Source of the DNA: a virus
Taxonomy: Duplodnaviria; Caudoviricetes
Reading direction: 5' to 3' (one strand)
DNA: 33,914 nt
Virus record (IMG/VR): IMGVR_UViG_3300027771_000002
Span: 1 to 33,914 of that record
A program made the position numbers and the translations under genes. The notes beneath the pieces were generated by a model. That model saw only the letters and a list, made by a program, of their open reading frames with translations. It searched no databases and had not been told where the DNA came from. Below, one piece after another: positions 9,458 through 17,973 of the stretch. Position 1 is the stretch's first letter. Each line of letters begins with the position of its first letter.

Positions 9458-10755
9458 ACAATACCCTTCAAATTAACTCTTAACGGCTTGCCCCATGATG
9501 TATTGGGCGGCTCATACACCACCGCCATCATTCCAAAGCTATCCGCTGCGTGAGAACTCCAATCGTGATTAGGCCCTAGCCCAACACCTCGATTCTCATC
9601 GCGTTTCTCGTGATACCAGCACAAGGCTTCAATGCCTGCCGTACACGCTGGCTCATTAAAGTGTACCGATCCTAATACTCGTCTGGTGGCCTCTACTCGA
9701 TGCCCTGCGGCTCCTGCGCCCTGATTAGGCACCACCACCACGTTAAAGCCAGCATCTCTCAACGCTGACTCGTAACTAACCGAATAGACTTTGTCGTGTG
9801 TTCTACCGTCATGCGGAAGCACAACAGTCTTTATGTTCTGTGATTGATCACGCAGCCAGGCAACGTGTGTCGCTAACGGCTGACCCTGCGCCTCGTAGTA
9901 CCCCAGCACTCTAATCTCTGACTTGTAAAACTGAACTGTCCATATGCTTGTTGCATCAGACTTCGCCCCGGTCCCACCAATATCAAAGTAAGCCCTAGTG
10001 TCCATCAAAGGGTCAGCGTGGACATTCCCTAAACGCCCTTCTCGTCGTGCATCCTCAATGAGATGCGAGTAGTACGCACCCTCATGGGCCTGCAGGAAGC
10101 TTCCTTCCCAGACATGGTCGTAAACATCAGGACGTAGTTTCTTATCCGCTAGTCGTTCATTCTCTAAGACGCTTGGAAACCACGGGTTATCACGCCAGTT
10201 CAGCTCTACTATCTTAGAGTCATCAGGCGGTGCATCTCTGAACCGTTTGTTTGTAGATGATCGTGCGGCCTCTGGATTCCACGTTACCCATATCTCAGAG
10301 TTATCTTCTCGCACTGTAGGGATAAGCTTACGCCACGCCTCTTCCGATACAGGCTCGGCCTCATCCACCCAGGCTATAATGATTCTGGCTTTAGACTTAA
10401 TGCTGTCTAGGTTGCGCCTTAACCCGGCGAACACATAACTAATGCGCCCATCTTTTGAACGAATATACTTCTCGCCCACATCGTAATAATTCGCTAACCA
10501 GTCAACACCACGAATGGCGCTTTTAATCTCCTCTAATGAGCTTTCATCGAGAGAGTTCAGATGCTCCCTAGCGCAAAGTATCTGCCCTGACTGACCACTC
10601 ATTCCCCATTGATAACCCTTTACTGCAGTCATCAGCGCAAAGGTTCTTGTCTTACCAGACCCTCGACCACCAAAGGCTCCCCGGTAGCGCGCATCACCAG
10701 AGAATACTGGGACCAGCTTGCCTGGCAGATTAATGTTCGCTGTAAGCATCGTCAT
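9454..10755 (-). CDS. terL: terminase large subunit (PBSX/Terminase_3-like)
   Basis: Walker A GGRGSGKT, Walker B AWVDEAE, TWNP coupling motif, nuclease FDIG and HDWSSHAADSF. Confidence 0.95.
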   Translation of the reverse strand: MTMLTANINLPGKLVPVFSGDARYRGAFGGRGSGKTRTFALMTAVKGYQWGMSGQSGQILCAREHLNSLDESSLEEIKSAIRGVDWLANYYDVGEKYIRSKDGRISYVFAGLRRNLDSIKSKARIIIAWVDEAEPVSEEAWRKLIPTVREDNSEIWVTWNPEAARSSTNKRFRDAPPDDSKIVELNWRDNPWFPSVLENERLADKKLRPDVYDHVWEGSFLQAHEGAYYSHLIEDARREGRLGNVHADPLMDTRAYFDIGGTGAKSDATSIWTVQFYKSEIRVLGYYEAQGQPLATHVAWLRDQSQNIKTVVLPHDGRTHDKVYSVSYESALRDAGFNVVVVPNQGAGAAGHRVEATRRVLGSVHFNEPACTAGIEALCWYHEKRDENRGVGLGPNHDWSSHAADSFGMMAVVYEPPNTSWGKPLRVNLKGIV

Positions 10756-11101
10756 CTGGCGTATAAGGAATTAACTGCACAATCGTCGGCGTCATACTGC
10801 CATCACTTGATACATGATCCAGAGCAACTTTACTGCCCTCCTTACGATCAATCATCTTATGTGCTGTGTTCACATCACCGTCCCGCAAAGCTTCTACTAA
10901 TACGGTTCTAGCAAGCATAAACGGGTTACTTTTAAGCACCTCTTTTTGGTCTTTAAACGCCGCGTTATCTTCCTGAAATTTATAGAACGCAGCCTTGCTG
11001 ATACCCGCATACATACAGGCTTCCAGGTCAGTACATCCCATGCTAAAAGCATGTTCTAGTTTAGAGACAACGTCAGGCGTCATAACGGTAGGTCTAGCCA
11101 T
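10730..11101 (-). CDS. terS: terminase small subunit
   Basis: MARPTVMT...ACMYAGIS HTH-like N-terminus; overlaps terL. Confidence 0.8.
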   Translation of the reverse strand: MARPTVMTPDVVSKLEHAFSMGCTDLEACMYAGISKAAFYKFQEDNAAFKDQKEVLKSNPFMLARTVLVEALRDGDVNTAHKMIDRKEGSKVALDHVSSDGSMTPTIVQLIPYTPDDDAYSEH

Positions 11102-11146
11102 AAATTAATACCACTTCGGGGATACTTAAACAGCTACCGAAGACAG

Positions 11147-11170
11147 AAAAAAAAGGCCGCAAAAGCAGCC
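11147..11170 (-). terminator. intrinsic terminator in the late-operon leader (tR'-like)
   Basis: On the minus strand, GGCTGC-TTTT-GCGGCC followed by T8, 46 nt upstream of terS. Confidence 0.7.
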
Positions 11171-11296
11171 AAAGAAGGAGGTAAATAGATAACTAAGAGA
11201 GTCAAAAACCCTATCTTGGTAATATTTAACCACATTGTGGCAGGTAACACAACACTATGTGGTTATATTTTATTACCACAAAACAACCTTTATTAC

Positions 11297-11414
11297 ACGG
11301 ACAAACTTTCGTAATCTTTGTCCGCAAGGTAAAGCGAGACTTCATTTTTTTGGTTGTTGGCTATACCTATGCTTACATCAGATGTAACGGACAAACTTTC
11401 GCAATCTTTGTCCG
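11297..11414. repeat. two copies of a 28-nt palindromic unit (11297-11324 and 11387-11414)
   Basis: ACGGACAAACTTTCG(T/C)AATCTTTGTCCG, 27/28 identical. Each copy has an 8-bp stem CGGACAAA/TTTGTCCG. Confidence 0.9.
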
Positions 11415-11449
11415 AAATGCAGTTTATTACCTTATTTACTGTAATATAG

Positions 11450-11484
11450 TTGTATTAGTGTAATAGTTACTGTTATAATATAAC
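11450..11484 (+). promoter_or_regulatory. sigma70 promoter of the accessory operon with an overlapping inverted repeat
   Basis: TTGTAT-18-TATAAT with an extended -10 TG; the palindrome GTTATA-A-TATAAC covers the -10. Confidence 0.7.
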
Positions 11485-11505
11485 TTCACAACGCGGAGAG
11501 ACAAT

Positions 11506-11700
11506 ATGAACATGACATACGAAGTTAGTTATAAATTACCAACGGAAAGAATTTGGCATCAATATGGCGTGAATTCGATTGAAGAATCTCGTAATCCACC
11601 GCCACTTAGCAAAGAACAAGCCAAAGAGATAGCGGACAAATACAAGGCTGACGGTTACGATACGAATACAGGCTGCAACTCAGTTATTGTTTATATCTAA
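11506..11700 (+). CDS. small hypothetical protein (accessory operon)
   Basis: 64 aa; GGAG RBS; first ORF after the promoter. Confidence 0.7.
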   Translation: MNMTYEVSYKLPTERIWHQYGVNSIEESRNPPPLSKEQAKEIADKYKADGYDTNTGCNSVIVYI

Positions 11701-11737
11701 TCAAACGCCCCACCAGGGGCATCTAAGGAGAATAAAA

Positions 11738-12028
11738 ATGAATAATTATAAAATAACCACCCAAGGCATTGCCCACATCGCAGAGCGTTTGTTGACTGTC
11801 TGCAAAACAACAGCGTTTGATGGCTGGCTAGACGCAGACCTTATTGAATCTAAACGCTCACAAGAGATGCTTGGCGCCTGGGCTTCAGAGCTTGAAGATA
11901 AACTCAATAGCGGTGACGGGGATGAAATCGAAATATCTTCAGACCTGACTAAAAGTGGGCATGTAGAGTGGTTGAGCGTACCTGACGATTGCGTAGTTAC
12001 AAATGAGGAATCCGATGAAACCCTCTGA
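11738..12028 (+). CDS. acidic hypothetical protein (96 aa)
   Basis: An AAGGAG RBS favours the ATG at 11738; the C-terminal half is Asp/Glu-rich. Confidence 0.7.
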   Translation: MNNYKITTQGIAHIAERLLTVCKTTAFDGWLDADLIESKRSQEMLGAWASELEDKLNSGDGDEIEISSDLTKSGHVEWLSVPDDCVVTNEESDETL

Positions 12029-12200
12029 ATTTGCAAAACAGTTAGGCTTTAAGTCTTTGCAAGAAGCCTGCGAGCTAGTCGATGTTGCCCCTAGAACTGT
12101 TATTAACTGGCAACAGAGCAACCCACAGCGTTACCTAGCTATCATGTTGGGGGCCGCATCACTGAAACAAAAGTCATTACTGTCGAGGCCAGAACCATGA
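12015..12200 (+). CDS. small HTH DNA-binding protein
   Basis: SLQEACELVDVAPRTVINW helix-turn-helix pattern; GAGGA RBS. Confidence 0.65.
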   Translation: MKPSEFAKQLGFKSLQEACELVDVAPRTVINWQQSNPQRYLAIMLGAASLKQKSLLSRPEP

Positions 12201-12352
12201 CACTCCCTAACGCTGACATAAGAAACGCCGCACAAGACCTGCTTGATGCAATGGAGGAGGATGCTTGTGAATACGACCGAGCGTTTATTGATTTAATACA
12301 GCAAATAGCTGACGGCAAACCCTTACCTTCTGCGGAAGAGCCGACAGAATGA
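12197..12352 (+). CDS. 51-aa acidic protein (not in ORF track)
   Basis: MTLPNADIRNAAQDLLDAMEEDACEYDRAFIDLIQQIADGKPLPSAEEPTE; ATGA overlaps at both ends. Confidence 0.65.
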   Translation: MTLPNADIRNAAQDLLDAMEEDACEYDRAFIDLIQQIADGKPLPSAEEPTE

Positions 12353-13197
12353 TCACCCCACTGACAAACGCAGACTTAAAGCCACATAACTACTTGTACA
12401 TATTGCCTTTCAATAATGATATGCATTTTAAAATAGGCGTTAGCTCAAATAATTACAGTAGAGTGATAAAGCATAACTCTACCTACGACATAAACTATTC
12501 TAAATCATTAATCGTACAGGCAAGCAGGGACAATGTTAGGAATTTAGAGCGAATACTATTAAGCAATATACCCACCACCGTTAGTAATGAATATTCTGGT
12601 AAAGATGGCTACACAGAAATTAGGGATATCAGCTATCTGGCAACTTGCCTTGATGACATCAATTATTTCAAATCTCGCCTAAATCTGAATATTACAACCC
12701 TCAAAGAAGAGGATATATGCCCTGCTCACCCCAAAGAATTTAGGCGTTTTCTAGTGCCGCAAAAAATGTCAACAGAACAAAAAGACTTAAAACTTGAGGA
12801 GGCCAATAAAGTACACAACATAAAAGCCATTAAAGACTGCATCATCCTTATGAGACAGGTAATTACGGAATATCCAAGGTTTCGTATATCTTATGACGCA
12901 AAATGGCAAATGTATGATTTGGAGTTGGACTTAAATGACGATGAACTTCAATCACAGCTTATACATACCCTATTACATGACAATATGAGTGTCTGGTTAC
13001 GGAAAGGGTGTGGAGGCCAAAGTATAGGGGTTACGGAAATGTCCATTTACTCCAAAGGAGTAAAGTTTGCGCGCTTTGCATTTAGTGTTAAACATACTGC
13101 TTCAATAGAATTTCCAGTTGCATGGCTTCCTGAAGAGCTTGAAGCATTTGAACAATTAAGGTCATTTATGTCCAGAATTTGCGGCAAACAGCACTAG
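12349..13197 (+). CDS. GIY-YIG-like (T5orf172/MUG113-type) nuclease domain protein
   Basis: YLYIL...FKIGVS...SR...LE...GKDGYTE motif in the N-terminal ~100 aa; visibly AT-richer than its flanks. Confidence 0.6.
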   Translation: MITPLTNADLKPHNYLYILPFNNDMHFKIGVSSNNYSRVIKHNSTYDINYSKSLIVQASRDNVRNLERILLSNIPTTVSNEYSGKDGYTEIRDISYLATCLDDINYFKSRLNLNITTLKEEDICPAHPKEFRRFLVPQKMSTEQKDLKLEEANKVHNIKAIKDCIILMRQVITEYPRFRISYDAKWQMYDLELDLNDDELQSQLIHTLLHDNMSVWLRKGCGGQSIGVTEMSIYSKGVKFARFAFSVKHTASIEFPVAWLPEELEAFEQLRSFMSRICGKQH

Positions 13198-13362
13198 CGA
13201 TCAAGTACCTTTTGACACGTACTTGAATTCTCCTCTGCGTCAGGCTCTGATTGGGCTTGACGCACTTCCTTATCAGGTGTTTTTATCAGGGATTTATCAG
13301 GGAATATGGCATCCCAGTTCGCATTAAACCGCTTAAAATCAGTCGGTCTTTGCTCACTGCCC

Positions 13363-13908
13363 TTACCCATCTTGTAACCCTCGCCTTAAAACGATATGCA
13401 AAGCGTCATCACGCACTTGGTAATCTGACACCAACGCCTGAAAACGGGGCATCCATACCTTTTGTGATCGCCAACGCCCTACTTCAAGGATACTAGCCAG
13501 ACGCCTTACGCTCATCTCACTGTTACCTGACCCCGCGCATCGACTGCAGGTGGTTACCTTTGCCTGCTCAATGAGCTGCCCTACGCCATTACACGCACAG
13601 CACCTAGACGCTGATATCGCATAGTTTAAAGCAGCCAAAGCCAGTCTAATGACCACATCATCGGGCTCCGATTCACTGACCCGGTAATCGCAGTGTTCAG
13701 CCTCCGCGATTGCTAAACGATTAAGCTCAGAACGTGCTTCATCATCAAGACAGAACTTGCTAAGTGCATACAGGTAAGTGTGCCTATCAACGTGTACCAG
13801 GCAAGCCGCAATGTCGCCTGCGGTGATTTTGTTCTTTGACGTACCCCGAATCATATCGGCCTTCATCTCTGGTGCGCCCGGCGTCAACATGGCAAGTAAC
13901 TCACTCAT
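13363..13908 (-). CDS. late antiterminator Q-like protein
   Basis: Zinc finger CxxCxGxG...CxxCxGxG followed by an HTH-like segment; last gene of the early operon. Confidence 0.7.
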   Translation of the reverse strand: MSELLAMLTPGAPEMKADMIRGTSKNKITAGDIAACLVHVDRHTYLYALSKFCLDDEARSELNRLAIAEAEHCDYRVSESEPDDVVIRLALAALNYAISASRCCACNGVGQLIEQAKVTTCSRCAGSGNSEMSVRRLASILEVGRWRSQKVWMPRFQALVSDYQVRDDALHIVLRRGLQDG

Positions 13909-14053
13909 CTTTTTCCACCTTTTCAGCTTTTAATAGGGACAACAAGAATGAAATTACACGCTTAATGTCCCTATCGGTAAATTCATCATCAGCGATTACC
14001 TCCACTGTTGCTGTGCGATACCCGGCGCTATCTCGAAAGGCTTTAATTTTCAT
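13901..14053 (-). CDS. 50-aa hypothetical protein (not in ORF track)
   Basis: MKIKAFRDSAGYRTATVEV... fills the gap between the ninG-like and Q-like genes, overlapping both. Confidence 0.55.
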   Translation of the reverse strand: MKIKAFRDSAGYRTATVEVIADDEFTDRDIKRVISFLLSLLKAEKVEKDE

Positions 14054-14483
14054 CGTCAAAGCCCATTGCTATCCGTTCCTCATGGAACTTAATCAACGTC
14101 TTAAACTCGGCTAACATCTCCCGATAATCTGCCGCATAAAGCTTTCGCTCCTTACCCTTGTCTCGAAGCATCTTTTCAACAAAGTCATGGCCGTAAAAGT
14201 CTTGCATCCAAAGCGTATACCAAGCCTCGCTACTGCCATGCTTCATACCAAACCCATTGCACCCTTTGCACTGAAAATGCACGTTGCAAATCTCAAGCGC
14301 CCAGTAGCTCGATGAACCTTTGGGAATAAAATGGCCCCCATCCCCGTCTTTCCAATGATGCCAGCCCCCCATGTCTTTTGGGTCGCAGGATACGCACTGG
14401 GCATAACCGTTAGAATTAGCCGCCGATATCCGAGCAAGCTTTTGAATTTGCGTCAAGCATTGCGCTCTCAATGTCTTAGCCAT
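14043..14483 (-). CDS. ninG: NinG/Rap-like HNH-type endonuclease
   Basis: CVSC...DGGHFI...NVHFQCKGCN. Confidence 0.8.
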   Translation of the reverse strand: MAKTLRAQCLTQIQKLARISAANSNGYAQCVSCDPKDMGGWHHWKDGDGGHFIPKGSSSYWALEICNVHFQCKGCNGFGMKHGSSEAWYTLWMQDFYGHDFVEKMLRDKGKERKLYAADYREMLAEFKTLIKFHEERIAMGFDDEN

Positions 14484-14939
14484 TTATAGACCCTCAATCC
14501 CTGGATCAGTAAGCTGATAGTTCGCACCCTGAACTCGCGCAAAGTCGGACAAGTATCGACTCATTTGCTCAGTGGACATTAGGCTCGTCACAGGAAAGAA
14601 TTTCAGCAGTTGATCACATTGCTCTTCATAAGTAGGAAACGCCTGTATCGCCTTGAGCCAGGCCGCGTGAAAGTCAGAGTTTTCTGCCAACAAAATTGGA
14701 ACTCCGTAATGCTTTTTTGCCCTGCACTTGATTTGATCGGGCGTATACTCTTTGCCCTGCTTTGAGACTTCGTTATACCAACAATGACTTAGCCTGTTCT
14801 GAGCATCTGATCGACGCTCCGTGTAAGATTTAATTTGGACCTGATAAGGCTTTTTGCCATCCAAAGCTAACGCCTGTATTTTGTCGATACACTGCTTTCT
14901 CATCAATTCTGTTCGCAACACCAAGAAATCCCCCATCAT
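14484..14939 (-). CDS. NinB-like recombination protein
   Basis: RRSDAQNRLSH...TSLMSTEQMSRYL motif. Confidence 0.65.
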   Translation of the reverse strand: MMGDFLVLRTELMRKQCIDKIQALALDGKKPYQVQIKSYTERRSDAQNRLSHCWYNEVSKQGKEYTPDQIKCRAKKHYGVPILLAENSDFHAAWLKAIQAFPTYEEQCDQLLKFFPVTSLMSTEQMSRYLSDFARVQGANYQLTDPGIEGL

Positions 14940-15280
14940 GGCACTAGCCTGCGACTCAGCCAGCCTTGCGAAAACACCTCTGTGTGAGATTCCAGTTGGC
15001 TTGCTGTGCGTTTTTTCTCACGCAACTCTTCGTGATAACCCGACTTTTTTCTGTTTAGCTCTTTTCGTAGCGCGGTGTATTCCTCTGCAGACACAAGATG
15101 CTCTGGCAAGCAATACGGCTCTTTGCCGAGGCGTCCCTTCATCGTCTGAGAGTTGACCCCCGGCGGCGTGAATTCTTCCGTCCATTCCACAAATTGACGA
15201 TAGGTGTAAGGAATGCCTTCTTTAAAAAATTCATGCTCACCTTTAAAAAGACGTAGATTAGGTATGTTGGATTCCCCCAT
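14936..15280 (-). CDS. hypothetical protein
   Basis: 114-aa ORF; GGAG RBS; coupled within the operon. Confidence 0.65.
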   Translation of the reverse strand: MGESNIPNLRLFKGEHEFFKEGIPYTYRQFVEWTEEFTPPGVNSQTMKGRLGKEPYCLPEHLVSAEEYTALRKELNRKKSGYHEELREKKRTASQLESHTEVFSQGWLSRRLVP

Positions 15281-15436
15281 TTACTTTTCTCCTACATTAT
15301 TTGGATGAAAGACAAGCTGCCAAGCGCCGCAGTCATCACATAAAAAGTTACTAAAAATGCCGAACGGCACATCTTTTTCATCAAGCTCGTGATCACCTAA
15401 AAATCGCATAGCGCCGCCACAAAGCCAGCAAGTCAA
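15281..15436 (-). CDS. 51-aa zinc-ribbon protein (TTG start; not in ORF track)
   Basis: MTCWLCGG...FLCDDCGAW with two CxxC pairs; fills the gap exactly. Confidence 0.6.
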   Translation of the reverse strand: MTCWLCGGAMRFLGDHELDEKDVPFGIFSNFLCDDCGAWQLVFHPNNVGEK

Positions 15437-15885
15437 AACATCGCTCTCATCTTCGCTAAGGCTATTTCTCCCGCTTCCTTGGCAACCGCTTTGTCGTGAC
15501 CCAAAAGCGCCTCAGGAGTCTCGTAAGGACGGTGTAATGCCCTCACCCGATTGGCTTCTTTGATACTGCCAATGATCCTATCCAAGTTAGGCCAGTCAAA
15601 ATCCTGATTGCCCTTTGATCGTTCGTTTTTCAGGTAATCAACACCCGCATTTATTTGCTCCCTAGTAAAAACACCAATCTGGCTGGCATACATGCGTTTA
15701 GCAGCCACTAGCATTTCATCGGGGAAAGTGACCGTCATTTTTTTACTGCCGAACACTACTGCGAGTAGGCCAAAAAGATAGTTAGTTGCCTGCGTATCTT
15801 TTAACGGTCGCGGGTCATCAGAATGTGGCGTTGATGTCGAGCCATGCTGGATTTTCCGCACGACCGCCGTTAACTCTGCTTGCAT
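15433..15885 (-). CDS. lambda P-like helicase loader (replication protein)
   Basis: EQINAGV...DWPNLDRI...ALAKMRAMF; follows the initiator gene; a GGGAG RBS favours the ATG at 15885. Confidence 0.55.
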   Translation of the reverse strand: MQAELTAVVRKIQHGSTSTPHSDDPRPLKDTQATNYLFGLLAVVFGSKKMTVTFPDEMLVAAKRMYASQIGVFTREQINAGVDYLKNERSKGNQDFDWPNLDRIIGSIKEANRVRALHRPYETPEALLGHDKAVAKEAGEIALAKMRAMF

Positions 15886-16492
15886 TATTTTTCTCCCGCT
15901 CTTTTTTGAATTCGTGGTGATTTGATTCCCAGTTCCGAAAAGCTGCCTTCCAAGAGTCCATTGGAACGCCCCCAACAACCCAACCCTTCGACTGGTTGTA
16001 GTTAAAAAACTTATTTGGCGAACACTCAGCATTAATTTCAAGCTTGTAAGCCTCAATTTGCCCAAGCGTTGGAGCTTTGGATTTATGTATATTATTATTA
16101 ACTTGTGTATTAATACCCTCGCCCTTTACCGAAGGGGGGTCATCGGTAAACTGACCAGGGGTATTCGGTAAACTGACCACCTTATTCAGCACTTTAATCG
16201 TGCGCTTTATGACCTGTTTTCCCTTGTACTCATGGAAACATTTGATATAGCCTTTTTTTTCTAAATCAGATATAACATCTGACACTCGACTTTTTGATAG
16301 CCCCAAAAACGCAGCAAAATGTGCGTTACTAGCAAAGCATTTATCATGCGAATCGAGCGAACCTATTTCAACGAGCAACAACTTTTGCGTCCAATTAAGC
16401 TTAGAATCTAGCCAAATCTCTCTGGAAATCCAAACGCCCTTAAAAGCATCAGCCGATTCGCTATTCACAGTTGGATTCAAAAAAACATGCAT
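15818..16492 (-). CDS. replication initiator with N-terminal winged HTH (O-like)
   Basis: FKGVWISREIWLD...CFASNAHFAAFLGLS...ISDLEKKGYI; C-terminal FFNYN.SKGW.VG..PM.SWKAAFRNW; contains iterons. Confidence 0.8.
   Translation of the reverse strand: MHVFLNPTVNSESADAFKGVWISREIWLDSKLNWTQKLLLVEIGSLDSHDKCFASNAHFAAFLGLSKSRVSDVISDLEKKGYIKCFHEYKGKQVIKRTIKVLNKVVSLPNTPGQFTDDPPSVKGEGINTQVNNNIHKSKAPTLGQIEAYKLEINAECSPNKFFNYNQSKGWVVGGVPMDSWKAAFRNWESNHHEFKKEREKNNASRVNGGRAENPAWLDINATF
16080..16179. promoter_or_regulatory. putative replication origin (iterons plus AT-rich tract) inside the initiator gene
   Basis: TCGGTAAACTGACCA at 16143 and 16165 (22-bp period), an inverted TTTACCGA at 16125, and AT-rich sequence at 16080-16115. 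Confidence 0.7.
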
Positions 16493-16667
16493 AGGTCAGG
16501 CGACCATCAGCAAGCTTTATGATCAGTGGAATGTCGTGAAGTCTGGGTGCCCGTTGACCTAGCCGGTATGCCTGCGCGCTGCGCTGAGATATACTGAGGG
16601 CTTCACTCGCTCGACGGTCGCCAAGCTTACTTAGGTACTGCTGGAATCTGCTTTTGGATAGTTTCAT
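16461..16667 (-). CDS. Cro-like HTH regulator
   Basis: ASEALSISQRSAQAYRLGQRAP; divergent from the cI-like gene. Confidence 0.7.
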   Translation of the reverse strand: MKLSKSRFQQYLSKLGDRRASEALSISQRSAQAYRLGQRAPRLHDIPLIIKLADGRLTYACFFESNCE

Positions 16668-16674
16668 ATCCAGA

Positions 16675-16806
16675 ATTATACACATAACGTGGCTATGCGC
16701 TAGTATATATTTATACTTTTTCACATTAAGTGGTTAAATATTTATCTAAACGTAACGTAATTAAAATTAGTATAAAGGTAACGCTAGTCACGAAATGTGT
16801 TACGAT
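16675..16806. promoter_or_regulatory. OR-like divergent promoter/operator region
   Basis: CAC-N5-GTG boxes at 16681, 16722 and 16789; TATAAT on the minus strand (16675-16680) and TG-T-TACGAT on the plus strand (16798-16806). Confidence 0.6.
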
Positions 16807-16811
16807 GCGGC

Positions 16812-17168
16812 ATGTCGAACTTCACTCACATCAGACTTAAAAGTCTCCGCGAAAGCCAAGGGCTAACTTTAGCTGGCCTTTCAAAGGAAACTGGTGATTT
16901 GCTTTCGACGTCAAGAATTGCGAATTACGAATCAGGGATTCGGGAGCTAAAAGTCCCCCAGGCAATTATTCTAGCTAAAGCTCTTAAAACAGATGCAGCT
17001 TTTTTGCTTGGTTTGTCCAACGTAAATGCGGAAATTTGGATCGAAGAGGCCGAAATGTCTGCCAGCAAGAAAGAGCTTTACGTATTAATGCAACAAGTTG
17101 CCAGGATGCAGGACACTGATGTCACTCAAGCTACTGCAATCCTTAAAGCGCTGATCAAGCACTCTTAA
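16812..17168 (+). CDS. XRE-family CI-like repressor without a peptidase domain
   Basis: RLKSLRESQGLTLAGLS...RIANYESGIRE...LAKALKTDAAFLLG; only about 118 aa. Confidence 0.8.
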   Translation: MSNFTHIRLKSLRESQGLTLAGLSKETGDLLSTSRIANYESGIRELKVPQAIILAKALKTDAAFLLGLSNVNAEIWIEEAEMSASKKELYVLMQQVARMQDTDVTQATAILKALIKHS

Positions 17169-17386
17169 CCTTCACTTGAATTTAAAAACTTATTCTCAGC
17201 CGACATTCTCGCTACGATATTGTGAAAAGCCTCGCTCGGGTTAGATTGTTCGTTTGCGGGTAATTGCTGCCTCCTTAACCTCACCTGCTCAATTTTAATT
17301 TGTCTAAAAAATTTTAGTCCAACTTGAACTTCATGAGGCTTTAATTTTTTAAGCGTCACAAACAGCATGATGTCTTTCTGATTCAC
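17165..17386 (-). CDS. hypothetical protein convergent with the repressor
   Basis: 73 aa; GTG start with a strong GGAGGT RBS. Confidence 0.55.
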   Translation of the reverse strand: MNQKDIMLFVTLKKLKPHEVQVGLKFFRQIKIEQVRLRRQQLPANEQSNPSEAFHNIVARMSAENKFLNSSEG

Positions 17387-17539
17387 TAGCCACCCACCTC
17401 CATTTATTTTTACACAAACCGTGCGTTCTTTTGCGCTATTTTTGTCGTTCTTGTTTTACTTTTTGTCGCCGGGAAGTAACTAAAACATTAGTTTGATCAT
17501 CTTTCAATGCATCTTTGCATGTTTATTTTAATTTATTGG

Positions 17540-17593
17540 TTGCTTTCGTCACAAACTGTGGTTAATATTCGTTATCAATAACCACATTATGTA
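17540..17593 (+). promoter_or_regulatory. pL-like early promoter with operators
   Basis: TTGCTT-17-TAATAT, with CACAAACTGTG between the hexamers and CACATTATGTA downstream. Confidence 0.7.
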
Positions 17594-17622
17594 AATTCAA
17601 CCACAGCAACGAGGTAAGGGAA

Positions 17623-17964
17623 ATGTCAGCAACCAACGCACTGAGATGTGAAGACCCAAACAGAACCGGAAGCCCTGACGATTTTGATGAAATTAATGAC
17701 TCAACTCCAGAGCTTTCGGACTTGCTTGAAGTCTTAGATGACGATGTCATTTTTAGTGAAGCATTTTCAACTACGGCGATTCAAGCCCCTTACCGTTGGC
17801 CCACCGGACACTTTCAGCGGTGCGCCAATTCTATGGCAGAGAGGCACTTCAAAACTGATGTGATCGACGCAATCGCACAGCAGGATTTTGATGCGCTCGG
17901 TCGGCTTGTTTCGAAGCTTGCCATTGACTATGCCGAGCGAATTTACGACATCCGTCACGGTTAA
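17623..17964 (+). CDS. acidic hypothetical early protein
   Basis: 113 aa; GAGG/AAGGG RBS; first gene after the pL-like promoter. Confidence 0.7.
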   Translation: MSATNALRCEDPNRTGSPDDFDEINDSTPELSDLLEVLDDDVIFSEAFSTTAIQAPYRWPTGHFQRCANSMAERHFKTDVIDAIAQQDFDALGRLVSKLAIDYAERIYDIRHG

Positions 17965-17973
17965 GGAGTGAAT

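Noticed and set aside
11297-11414. Bona fide CRISPR array
   Set aside because: Only two units, a 62-nt spacer that is too long, and no cas genes. Kept as an unexplained repeat.
15886-16065. N-terminal extension of the 210-aa ORF 15433-16065
   Set aside because: It lies entirely within the initiator gene, and the RBS supports a start at 15885.
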